Of a stretch of 60,600 nucleotides of DNA, positions 38,084 to 45,810 are shown piece by piece. The stretch is from Erysipelotrichaceae bacterium (GTDB lineage: Bacteria > Bacillota_I > Bacilli_A > Erysipelotrichales > Erysipelotrichaceae). Both the position numbers and the translations under genes were made by a program. Within the stretch, counting starts at the first letter, position 1, and each line of letters starts with the position of its first letter. The notes beneath the pieces are model-generated. The model worked only from the letters and a program-made list of their open reading frames with translations. It did not search any database and had not been told where the DNA came from. The stretch spans positions 1-60,600 of the forward strand of contig JBATBW010000081.1 in the NCBI GenBank assembly GCA_049662565.1, written 5' to 3'.

Positions 38084-38932
38084 ATGGGTATCAAAGAATT
38101 ATTGAAAGTCTTTATTGAAGAAGATGATAGTATTGAAGAAGAGTTAGTGCAACCCCCAAGAGATAATAAAAAGACGGATTTTACTAAGCGTAAAGTGGTG
38201 GAAACAAAAAACGATCTATCTTTTAATAGTGGGGAAAAGATATCTAATGAGTCTACAGAAATTAATAATCGGAAGATTGTTGATTTAAGAGTTAACGATG
38301 ATAAGGCTAAAGTTAAAGAAGAAGTAAAAGAAGAAGAAAAGGTTCGCCCTGTTACGGAATCTAAAAAGGGTGTTAAACCTAATTCTAGTTATCGTTTTAG
38401 TGGTTTGATATCACCAATTAATGGTAGTATGGGTGCTGCGAAAGAAGTCAAAGAAGTAGTTCCAGTTGCTGGTGCAAAAATTGAAAAACCGGGATATTTA
38501 GGTACGATTTATAGTCCGATATATGGTATTAATAATCAAGATTTTAAGCCTAAAAGCGAAGTGAAAAAGGATGAAATTACTATTGATGATATTATTGCGG
38601 ATGATTTAAATGTTGTGGTTATTGAAGATAATAAAGATGAACTTATTAATGAAGATTGTTCTAAAGCTTTTGAAGAAGATTTATTTAATGATGAACAAAA
38701 GGCTATGGATGATATTGAAGTTGATATCAATGCCATTTTTGAAGATGATGAAGAAGCAGTAGTGGAACAAGAAGTCGAAGAAGAATTTCCTTTTGAAAAA
38801 GAAAGTTTTGAACCTGAAGTTGAGGAAGAACTTGTTGTGGAAAAGGAAGTAGTTAAACCTTTGTTTGAAATTGATGATTTAGATGAAGAAGATGTGAATT
38901 TGTTTAATTTTGATGATGAGGATAAGGATTAA
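38084..38932 (+). CDS. highly acidic, low-complexity protein of unknown function
   Basis: The ORF carries a good RBS (GGGAGG). D/E-rich repeats dominate the C-terminal half, and no recognisable catalytic motif was seen. Confidence 0.6.
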   Translation: MGIKELLKVFIEEDDSIEEELVQPPRDNKKTDFTKRKVVETKNDLSFNSGEKISNESTEINNRKIVDLRVNDDKAKVKEEVKEEEKVRPVTESKKGVKPNSSYRFSGLISPINGSMGAAKEVKEVVPVAGAKIEKPGYLGTIYSPIYGINNQDFKPKSEVKKDEITIDDIIADDLNVVVIEDNKDELINEDCSKAFEEDLFNDEQKAMDDIEVDINAIFEDDEEAVVEQEVEEEFPFEKESFEPEVEEELVVEKEVVKPLFEIDDLDEEDVNLFNFDDEDKD

Positions 38933-38933
38933 T

Positions 38934-40244
38934 ATGTATTATTTTATTGGTATTAAGGGTACAGGGATGGCGGCTTTGGCTGGTATTTTACATGATATTG
39001 GTAATGAAGTTAGGGGTAGTGATTTAGCTACTCATTTCTTTACACAGGATGAGCTTGATCGTCGTAATATTGTTATTGATGGTTTTGAGGATGAAGTACC
39101 TAGTGGTTGTGTTGTCATTATTGGTAATGCTTTTGATGATAACTTCCCCCAAGTAAAACAAGCGCTTTCTAATTCTAGTTGTACTTGTTATCGTTATCAT
39201 GAATTTGTTGGTGTCCTGATGAAAAAATATTTGTCGATTAGTGTGGCTGGTAGTCATGGTAAGACGACTACGACAACACTATTGTCAACGATGTTAGATT
39301 TTTATCGTCCTACGGGTTATATCATTGGTGATGGCACGGGTAAGTTGACTAAAGATAGTGAATTGTTTGTGGTGGAATCTTGTGAGTTTCGTTGTCACTT
39401 TTTGAAATATTTCCCGCAATATGCGATCATTACTAATGCCGATTTAGATCATGTGGATTATTTTAAGAGCCACCAACAATATTATCAAGCTTATGAAGAT
39501 TTCGCGTTGAATGTGAAAGATAAAATTGTTCTTTATGGCGATGATATACCGACAAGAGAATTAAAGATCGATCGTTCAAAGTGTTTATATTATGGCCTTG
39601 ATGATAGTAATGATATTGTGGCGAAGAATTTGTGTGAATATCCTAATCATATGACTTTTGATTTGTATATTAATAAAGAATTCAAGTTTTCTTTTGATTT
39701 GCCTTTAGTTGGTATTCATATGTTAAATAATGCTTTAGCTTGTATTGGTATTGGTTATTTATTGGATATGCCTTTTGCTTTAATGAATGAAGGGTTAAAT
39801 CATTTTAAAGGGGCAAAAAGACGTTATGTTATTGAAGAGATTGGTGATTGTATTTATATTGATGATTATGCTCACCATCCAACAGAAGTTGATATGACAA
39901 TTAAGGCGACAAGGAAACGCTTCCCGGGTCGTAAAATTGTGGCCATTTTTAAACCTCATCGTGCTAGTAGGGTGCAATCTTTCGTTAATGAATTTGCGGC
40001 TGCTTTAGGTCAGGCGGATGTTTGTGCGGTTTGTGATTTTACTTCGATTGATGATTTTGATGATGGCAGTGATATTACTATTGAGTATTTGACTGATCGA
40101 ATTGAGGGTTGTTATGTTATTCATGAAAATGATGATGATGTTAAGTTATTATCTGCTTATAAACCTTGTGTTTATTTGTTTATGAGTTCAAAAGATATTT
40201 ATCATTTTGCGAATAAAATAAAGGAAATTAATGGGAAATCTTAG
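38934..40244 (+). CDS. murC: UDP-N-acetylmuramate--L-alanine ligase
   Basis: 'FIGIKGTGMAALA' and 'VAGSHGKTTTT' are present, along with the Mur ligase C-terminal domain. I chose the ATG at 38934. Confidence 0.95.
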   Translation: MYYFIGIKGTGMAALAGILHDIGNEVRGSDLATHFFTQDELDRRNIVIDGFEDEVPSGCVVIIGNAFDDNFPQVKQALSNSSCTCYRYHEFVGVLMKKYLSISVAGSHGKTTTTTLLSTMLDFYRPTGYIIGDGTGKLTKDSELFVVESCEFRCHFLKYFPQYAIITNADLDHVDYFKSHQQYYQAYEDFALNVKDKIVLYGDDIPTRELKIDRSKCLYYGLDDSNDIVAKNLCEYPNHMTFDLYINKEFKFSFDLPLVGIHMLNNALACIGIGYLLDMPFALMNEGLNHFKGAKRRYVIEEIGDCIYIDDYAHHPTEVDMTIKATRKRFPGRKIVAIFKPHRASRVQSFVNEFAAALGQADVCAVCDFTSIDDFDDGSDITIEYLTDRIEGCYVIHENDDDVKLLSAYKPCVYLFMSSKDIYHFANKIKEINGKS

Positions 40245-40258
40245 GATCTCCCATTTTT
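40231..40258 (+). terminator. intrinsic terminator of murC
   Basis: The hairpin atgggaaatc-ttag-gatctcccat is followed by T5. It overlaps the stop codon. Confidence 0.7.
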
Positions 40259-40279
40259 ATGAAATTTTATGAAAATGTG

Positions 40280-40307
40280 TTGAAAAAGTTTTCATAAATG
40301 TTATAAT
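40280..40307 (+). promoter_or_regulatory. promoter of the ytxG/H-like genes
   Basis: TTGAAA (40280-40285), a 16-nt spacer ending in TGt, then TATAAT (40302-40307). Confidence 0.6.
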
Positions 40308-40330
40308 TGATATAAGGACAGGTGAAGAAT

Positions 40331-40792
40331 ATGGATATGTCAGAAATTTTAGAGTATTTAAAGTTGTTTTATGAAATAACATTATATGTATTGCCTTTTT
40401 TCGCAATTATTTTAATAATCTATTTGCTTGTTTTAATTGTGAAATTATCAAAAACAATTAAAAAAGCGAATGTAGTAGTGGATAATATTAATAACAGCTG
40501 GGAAAAGGTTGATAATATATTAGTTAAAACTGAGGCTATTAGTAATAGTATTGATGAATCAATGGGGATTATTCAAGAACCATTAAAAGTTACGGCTAAA
40601 ATTTTTACTAGTGTGGAATTGTTGCATGACTTTACGTATCGTACAGTGATGAAAATGATTGATGAAACTAGTAGAAATTTAAATACAATTAAAGATTGGT
40701 TGAACTCGTTAATTAATAAGAAAACTGTAGATTCTACAGTTAATGTAGATGAACCAATATTTACTAATGAAGAACAAGAAAAAGGAGAATAA
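40331..40792 (+). CDS. DUF948/YtxG-like membrane-anchored stress protein
   Basis: It has an N-terminal TM helix 'VLPFFAIILIIYLLVLIV' followed by a coiled-coil-like region. Its position after murC matches B. subtilis. The start could be 40322, 40331 or 40337. Confidence 0.55.
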   Translation: MDMSEILEYLKLFYEITLYVLPFFAIILIIYLLVLIVKLSKTIKKANVVVDNINNSWEKVDNILVKTEAISNSIDESMGIIQEPLKVTAKIFTSVELLHDFTYRTVMKMIDETSRNLNTIKDWLNSLINKKTVDSTVNVDEPIFTNEEQEKGE

Positions 40793-40793
40793 T

Positions 40794-41303
40794 ATGGAAG
40801 AACAAGTAAAAGATGTAGTTAATGAAGTGGAAAATAAGATTAGTGAAATCGAAGAAAAAGCTAGTGAATTTCCAGTTGAACAACAACCTGTTGTACAAAA
40901 AGTTAAACAATTGGCTGTTGATGGGTTAAAAGGCATTAAGGATGGTTTAGTAACTGTCGAAGATAATATTAAAGACAAAGAAAAAAGAGATGAATTTGTG
41001 AAGAATGTCAAAGATAAGACTTCAGAATTAGTGGATAATACTAAAGATTTGTTTGAAAAGATTAAGAATGATGAAAGAGTTAATGAAGCTATTGATGTGA
41101 CTAAAAAAGCGGCAAATAGTACAGCTGATTTTGTAGTTAAAACTATTGATGATATTAATAAGAATGAAAAAGTTATTGAATTTAAGAAGGATGTTAAACA
41201 AACAGCGCATAATATTGCGATGACATCTTTAGATGCAAGCATTAAAACGCTTAGTAATTTGAAAGATAAACTTTTAAATTCTGACGATAAAAAGGAAGAT
41301 TAA
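40794..41303 (+). CDS. hydrophilic K/E/D-rich coiled-coil protein (YtxH-position stress-protein-like)
   Basis: The ATG at 40794 follows a GGAGA RBS. The track's upstream extension from 40749 overlaps the previous gene. Confidence 0.5.
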   Translation: MEEQVKDVVNEVENKISEIEEKASEFPVEQQPVVQKVKQLAVDGLKGIKDGLVTVEDNIKDKEKRDEFVKNVKDKTSELVDNTKDLFEKIKNDERVNEAIDVTKKAANSTADFVVKTIDDINKNEKVIEFKKDVKQTAHNIAMTSLDASIKTLSNLKDKLLNSDDKKED

Positions 41304-41306
41304 TTT

Positions 41307-42299
41307 ATGAAGCGAGTAACGATCTATGAGGTTGCGAAAAAGGCGAATGTCTCTTTGGCAACGGTTTCTCGAGTAATTAATGGTTCTAATCAAGTTCGGG
41401 AAGACACTCAAAAGAAAGTTAAGGACGCTATTGAAAAACTTGGGTACAAGCCAAATGCGATTGCCCAAGGTTTGGCTTTACAAAAAACAACTACTATTGC
41501 TTTAGTGATTCCAGAGGCTAGTTTTACTTATACTGGTCAATTGATTAATGGGATCATGGATGTATCTAAAATTTATAAATATAATGTAATTTTACATACT
41601 TTTAGTGAAGGACTAAGTGATATTAATGATTTAGTGGAAAATATTATTTCTTCTAATGCCGATGGTGTTGTTATTTATACTGATAAAATGCGTGAGAAAG
41701 AATTGGAATTGTTTAATCAATATAACATTCCGGTACTTGTTATTGGTAACAAAGTTAGCGGTCCATTAATTTCGAGTGTTTATGTTGATTTCGATAAAGT
41801 GGTTTTTGATATTTGTAATCGATATCTTGCGAAGGGTTTAGATAATATAGCGATTATTCAAGATAGAAAGAATGAGTATTCGACAGATCAATTAGTTTCG
41901 GGTGCGAAAAGAGCATTTAAGGGGTATGGTAAAGAGTTTGATAATTATGTGATTATGGAACATGAGTATCGAACATCATATAGTTTCTTTACTAATTATT
42001 TTAAGACGCATCGTCATGATTTAATTATTTGTTATCGTGATTCATATTCTTTGGCAGTTATCAATGCAGCTCGGGAAAATAACATTCAAGTTCCGGAAGA
42101 CATGGAAGTTATTTGTATTGTGGATACTAAATACAATTCAATGGTTAGGCCGCAGTTGTCTTCGTTTGTGATTCCTTCTTATGATTTAGGGGCCGTTGCA
42201 ATGCGGGTGATGACGAAGATGTTAAAAAGGGAAACTAATTTTGAAAAAGAGATTGAATTTGAGTATTTATTTAAAGAAAGACAATCAACAAAGAAATAG
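41307..42299 (+). CDS. ccpA: LacI-family regulator, CcpA-like
   Basis: The N-terminus 'VTIYEVAKKANVSLATVSRVINGSNQVREDTQKKVKDAIEKLGYKPNAIAQGLA' closely parallels B. subtilis CcpA as I recall it. The synteny ytxGH - ccpA - tyrS - rpsD supports the call. Confidence 0.65.
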   Translation: MKRVTIYEVAKKANVSLATVSRVINGSNQVREDTQKKVKDAIEKLGYKPNAIAQGLALQKTTTIALVIPEASFTYTGQLINGIMDVSKIYKYNVILHTFSEGLSDINDLVENIISSNADGVVIYTDKMREKELELFNQYNIPVLVIGNKVSGPLISSVYVDFDKVVFDICNRYLAKGLDNIAIIQDRKNEYSTDQLVSGAKRAFKGYGKEFDNYVIMEHEYRTSYSFFTNYFKTHRHDLIICYRDSYSLAVINAARENNIQVPEDMEVICIVDTKYNSMVRPQLSSFVIPSYDLGAVAMRVMTKMLKRETNFEKEIEFEYLFKERQSTKK

Positions 42300-42335
42300 G
42301 TGGGGAACCACCTATATTTAATGAAAGGTGATATT

Positions 42336-43583
42336 ATGAATTTTTTAGAAGAGTTAGAATTTAGGGGATTAGTAAAAGATGTTACGGATTATGAAGGATT
42401 AAAAGAAAGAATGAAAGAACCAATGACCATTTATTGTGGTTTTGATCCAACTGCGGATTCATTACATGTTGGTCATATGCAACAAATTATTTTATTGAAG
42501 AGATGGCAAAATGCAGGACATCGTCCACTAGCTTTAGTTGGTGGGGCAACAGGAATGATTGGTGATCCTCGTCCTACTACTGAAAGAAAATTGCTTACTT
42601 TAGAAGAATTGGCTCATAATGTGGAATGTATTAAAGAACAGTTGTCGCGTTTTATTGATTTTAATGCGCAAGGTGGGGCAGTTTTAGTTAATAATTATGA
42701 TTGGTTAGGGAATTTAAACATTTTAGATTTTTTAAGAGAATATGGTAAACATTTTAATGTTTCATATATGTTGAATAAAGACACAGTTAGTAAACGTTTA
42801 GAAACAGGTATTTCTTTTACGGAATTTAGTTATACGATTCTTCAATCTATTGACTGGTTAAATTTGCACCAAAAACATAATTGTGTTGGACAAATTGGTG
42901 GTAGTGACCAATGGGGTAATTTAACTAGTGGTAGTGAGCTTATTCGTAAAATATTAGGACCTGAAACTAAAGTGTTTGGTATTACTTCGCCATTAATTAC
43001 TAAAAGCGATGGTTCAAAATTTGGTAAGAGCGAAGGTAAGAATATTTGGTTGGATCCTAATAGAACTAATGCTTATGAGTTTTATCAATTTTGGATTAAT
43101 ACTCCCGATGTGGATGTAATTGATTATTTAAAGCGTTTATCTTTTATTAGCGTGGATGAAATATTAGCTTTAGAAAAAGATATGCAGGAAAATGCGCATT
43201 TAAGAAATGCACAAAAAGCATTAGCGGCGGATATGACTATGATGTGTCATGGCGAAGAAGGGTTAAAATCAGCGATTAAAATTAGTGAAACTTTGTTTGG
43301 TCAAGATTTTAAATCTTTGACTTATGATGAATTGAAAATGGCTTTAGGTGGAATGAACCAAAATCCGATTGTTAGCGAGGGTAATATTGTCGATGTTTTA
43401 GTTGATAATAAGATTTGTGGTAGTAAACGTGAAGCGAGAGAATTTGTGAATAATGGTTCGATTTCGCTTAATGGTGAAAAGGTTAGTGATTTGGAATTGA
43501 TGATTACTAAAGATAATGCCTTATTTAATGAATTTACAATTATTCGTAAAGGTAAGAAAAATTATTTTGTCTTAACGCATTAG
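42336..43583 (+). CDS. tyrS: tyrosine--tRNA ligase
   Basis: 'GFDPTADSLHVGH' (HIGH), 'KFGKSEG' (KMSKS) and a C-terminal S4 domain are present. I chose the ATG at 42336. Confidence 0.96.
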   Translation: MNFLEELEFRGLVKDVTDYEGLKERMKEPMTIYCGFDPTADSLHVGHMQQIILLKRWQNAGHRPLALVGGATGMIGDPRPTTERKLLTLEELAHNVECIKEQLSRFIDFNAQGGAVLVNNYDWLGNLNILDFLREYGKHFNVSYMLNKDTVSKRLETGISFTEFSYTILQSIDWLNLHQKHNCVGQIGGSDQWGNLTSGSELIRKILGPETKVFGITSPLITKSDGSKFGKSEGKNIWLDPNRTNAYEFYQFWINTPDVDVIDYLKRLSFISVDEILALEKDMQENAHLRNAQKALAADMTMMCHGEEGLKSAIKISETLFGQDFKSLTYDELKMALGGMNQNPIVSEGNIVDVLVDNKICGSKREAREFVNNGSISLNGEKVSDLELMITKDNALFNEFTIIRKGKKNYFVLTH

Positions 43584-43634
43584 TAATTTGCTTATCTATT
43601 ATTTTCTTTGTATAATATAGGTGAGGTAGTAGAT

Positions 43635-44135
43635 ATGAAAAAAATAATAATTATTTTGTTAGCTTTAATGATGTTTTCTGGCTGTACTAATAAAACAGTA
43701 GAAACGAAAGATGATAATTTAACTAAATATAATTTCTATTATCAAAAGATTATTGATAATGAGAAGTTTGCGACTAGTTCGATTAATTTCGATATTTCCT
43801 TGGCAATAAATTCCGTTGATGGGGAGTTTCGTTATGATGTGATTGTGGATAATCCTCAAATTGCAATGCACAATATTAAAATGATGGCAGTGGAAGATGA
43901 TGGTTCATTTTCTATCGATAAGACTAAGGTGATGCCGACAGTGGGTATCTTTGAAAGTAATTCTTATCATCTAGTGCCAAATCAAATTAATTTTAATAAG
44001 GGTTATGTTCAGGGTTTGTCTTGTAGTGGTATGACAAAGAAAACTAAAGGTAATATTTTAGTAGTAGTATTTTATAATCGTGATAATGATAAAGAAGAAG
44101 TTGCGGAATATTTTGAATTTACTTACGGTGCTTAA
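43635..44135 (+). CDS. lipoprotein of unknown function
   Basis: The signal peptide 'MKKIIIILLALMMFSGC' has a lipobox. I chose the ATG at 43635, which follows a GGTGAGG RBS. Confidence 0.7.
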   Translation: MKKIIIILLALMMFSGCTNKTVETKDDNLTKYNFYYQKIIDNEKFATSSINFDISLAINSVDGEFRYDVIVDNPQIAMHNIKMMAVEDDGSFSIDKTKVMPTVGIFESNSYHLVPNQINFNKGYVQGLSCSGMTKKTKGNILVVVFYNRDNDKEEVAEYFEFTYGA

Positions 44136-44159
44136 AGGATAGTTGTACTATCCTTTTTA
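44134..44159 (+). terminator. intrinsic terminator
   Basis: The hairpin aaaggatag-ttgta-ctatccttt is followed by T's. Confidence 0.75.
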
Positions 44160-44173
44160 TTTAAGGAGAACAA

Positions 44174-44869
44174 ATGCGATTAGATAAGTTTTTGGCCGAT
44201 TATGGCTTTGGTAGTAGAAAAGAAGTGAAGAATATTATTAGAACTAAAAGAGTTTTAGTTAATGGCAATGTCGTCCTTAGTGATAAGCATCAAGTTAACT
44301 TAACTGATAAGGTTCAGGTAGATAATAAGTTAATTGAAGTTATTGATCGAATTTATTTGATGTTGAATAAACCCGTTGGTTATGTTTGTGCTAATAGTGA
44401 TCAATTATATCCTACTGTATTTAGTTTGATTGAGGATTTTATACCGAAAGATTGTTTTGTTTGTGGCCGTTTAGATGTGGATACTACCGGTTTTGTCTTT
44501 ATAACTAATGATGGTAAATTAGCTTATCAAATTAGTAATGGTAAGAAGAAGGTTGGGAAAACTTATTTAGTTACTTTAGGTCAAGATATTGATGATAGTC
44601 AAATTAAGATGTTAGAAAATGGAGTTAGTATTGATGATTTTGTGACAACTCCGGCGGTAGTTAAGGTTATTGATAATACACACATTGAGTTAACGATTTA
44701 TGAGGGTCGTTTCCATCAGGTGAAGAAGATGATGGTGGCGATTGGGAATGAATGTGTTAACTTGCATCGTTTAGCGATTGGTTCTTTATCTTTAGATAGT
44801 GGTTTAGCTTTAGGGGAGTATCGTCATTTAAGTGAGAAAGAAGTCAATAAGTTCAAGGGGGATAAGTAA
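44174..44869 (+). CDS. RsuA/RluB-family rRNA pseudouridine synthase
   Basis: It has an N-terminal S4 domain 'MRLDKFLADYGFGSRKEV' and the catalytic motif 'GRLDVDTTGFVFITNDG'. Confidence 0.88.
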   Translation: MRLDKFLADYGFGSRKEVKNIIRTKRVLVNGNVVLSDKHQVNLTDKVQVDNKLIEVIDRIYLMLNKPVGYVCANSDQLYPTVFSLIEDFIPKDCFVCGRLDVDTTGFVFITNDGKLAYQISNGKKKVGKTYLVTLGQDIDDSQIKMLENGVSIDDFVTTPAVVKVIDNTHIELTIYEGRFHQVKKMMVAIGNECVNLHRLAIGSLSLDSGLALGEYRHLSEKEVNKFKGDK

Positions 44870-44884
44870 TTATCCTTTTTTTTT
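44860..44884 (+). terminator. intrinsic terminator
   Basis: The hairpin ggataa-gtaa-ttatcc is followed by T9. Confidence 0.7.
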
Positions 44885-44915
44885 GTAAAAAAAGAGTAAA
44901 CATATGTCTACTCTT
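44885..44915 (-). terminator. intrinsic terminator of rpsD
   Basis: On the minus strand, aagagta-gacatatgtt-tactctt is followed by T7. Confidence 0.7.
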
Positions 44916-44923
44916 AGTCGGTA

Positions 44924-45526
44924 TTATCTGTTGTAGTATTCAACAACTAATAATTCATTGATTTCTGTATTTAATTCATTTCTTTCTGGTAAACGGACAT
45001 AAACACCTTTACGAGCTTCTTTATCTACTTCAACAAATGGTAAAGTATTGATACGTGCTTCTAATGATTCTTTAACGATGTTTAAGTTTTTAGATTTTTC
45101 TTTAACTTCGATAACACTTCCAACTTTAGTTGAGTATGAAGGGATATCTACTTTTTTGCCGTTTACTAAAATATGTCCATGGTTTACTAATTGACGAGCT
45201 TGACGACGTGTGCTCGCAAATCCCATACGATAAACGATATTATCTAAACGTGATTCTAATAAGTTTAAGAAGTTGTGACCTTTAACACCAGCCATTTTTT
45301 CTGCTTTTAAATATGTGTTATAGAATTGTTTTTCGTTAACGCCATATAAGAATCTAATTCTTTGTTTTTCTTGTAATTGTAATCCGTAGTTAGTTAATTT
45401 AACTCTTCTAGTTGGACCATGTTGTCCTGGTGCATAAGCACGTTTTGTTAATTCTTCTCCAGTTTCTAAAACTGAGAATCCAAGTCTTCTAGACTTTTTC
45501 CATAATGAACCTGTATATCTTGCCAT
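44924..45526 (-). CDS. rpsD: 30S ribosomal protein S4
   Basis: '[16 protein letters not shown]' is present, with an S4 domain '[26 protein letters not shown]'. Confidence 0.97.
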   Translation of the reverse strand: MARYTGSLWKKSRRLGFSVLETGEELTKRAYAPGQHGPTRRVKLTNYGLQLQEKQRIRFLYGVNEKQFYNTYLKAEKMAGVKGHNFLNLLESRLDNIVYRMGFASTRRQARQLVNHGHILVNGKKVDIPSYSTKVGSVIEVKEKSKNLNIVKESLEARINTLPFVEVDKEARKGVYVRLPERNELNTEINELLVVEYYNR

Positions 45527-45734
45527 CTTTTCCTCCTTGTAGTGTTTTGGCTAACAACCTAGGAAACAAATCACTTAATAGCTGTGTTAGTACTAGTTTG
45601 AGTTTTCGCTCTTACAGCAGAGTTACACAACACCCCATATATGTAATATATGTTACTAACGCATCACCATCAGCTTTGTTTGCTGCCAACAATAGTTGCT
45701 TTACTATTATAGTTTATTTTTCGTCAAATGTAAA
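45527..45734 (-). promoter_or_regulatory. rpsD promoter plus ~170-nt 5' leader (candidate S4 autoregulatory leader)
   Basis: On the minus strand: TTTACA (45729-45734), a 17-nt spacer, then TATAAT (45706-45711). A long untranslated leader runs down to the GGAGGA RBS. Confidence 0.55.
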
Positions 45735-45755
45735 TGATTATTTTAGGTGTGTGGT

Positions 45756-45784
45756 TTGACATGCCGACCATATGGTCGTATAAT
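45756..45784 (+). promoter_or_regulatory. consensus sigma-A promoter with a palindromic spacer (candidate operator)
   Basis: TTGACA (45756-45761), a 17-nt spacer, then TATAAT (45779-45784). The spacer contains the perfect 14-bp palindrome cgaccatatggtcg (45765-45778). Confidence 0.7.
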
Positions 45785-45810
45785 ATATATGTATTTAGAA
45801 AAGGAGTCAG

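Noticed and set aside
40709-41242. A 177-aa minus-strand ORF antisense to the YtxH-position gene. Similar antisense ORFs lie at 49395-49919, 55539-56039, 31970-32290, 26466-26741 and 5701-5946, along with the other 60-106-aa minus-strand ORFs in the track.
   Set aside because: All are fully embedded antisense to well-supported + strand genes. They translate to low-complexity S/L/I/F/T-rich strings typical of the reverse frame of AT-rich coding DNA. They lack RBSs and recognisable motifs.
45505-45759. An 84-aa + strand ORF between rpsD and the esterase gene.
   Set aside because: It starts inside the rpsD coding region on the opposite strand and runs through the rpsD leader and promoter. It has no RBS and an odd composition. 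The rpsD 5' UTR explains the region better.
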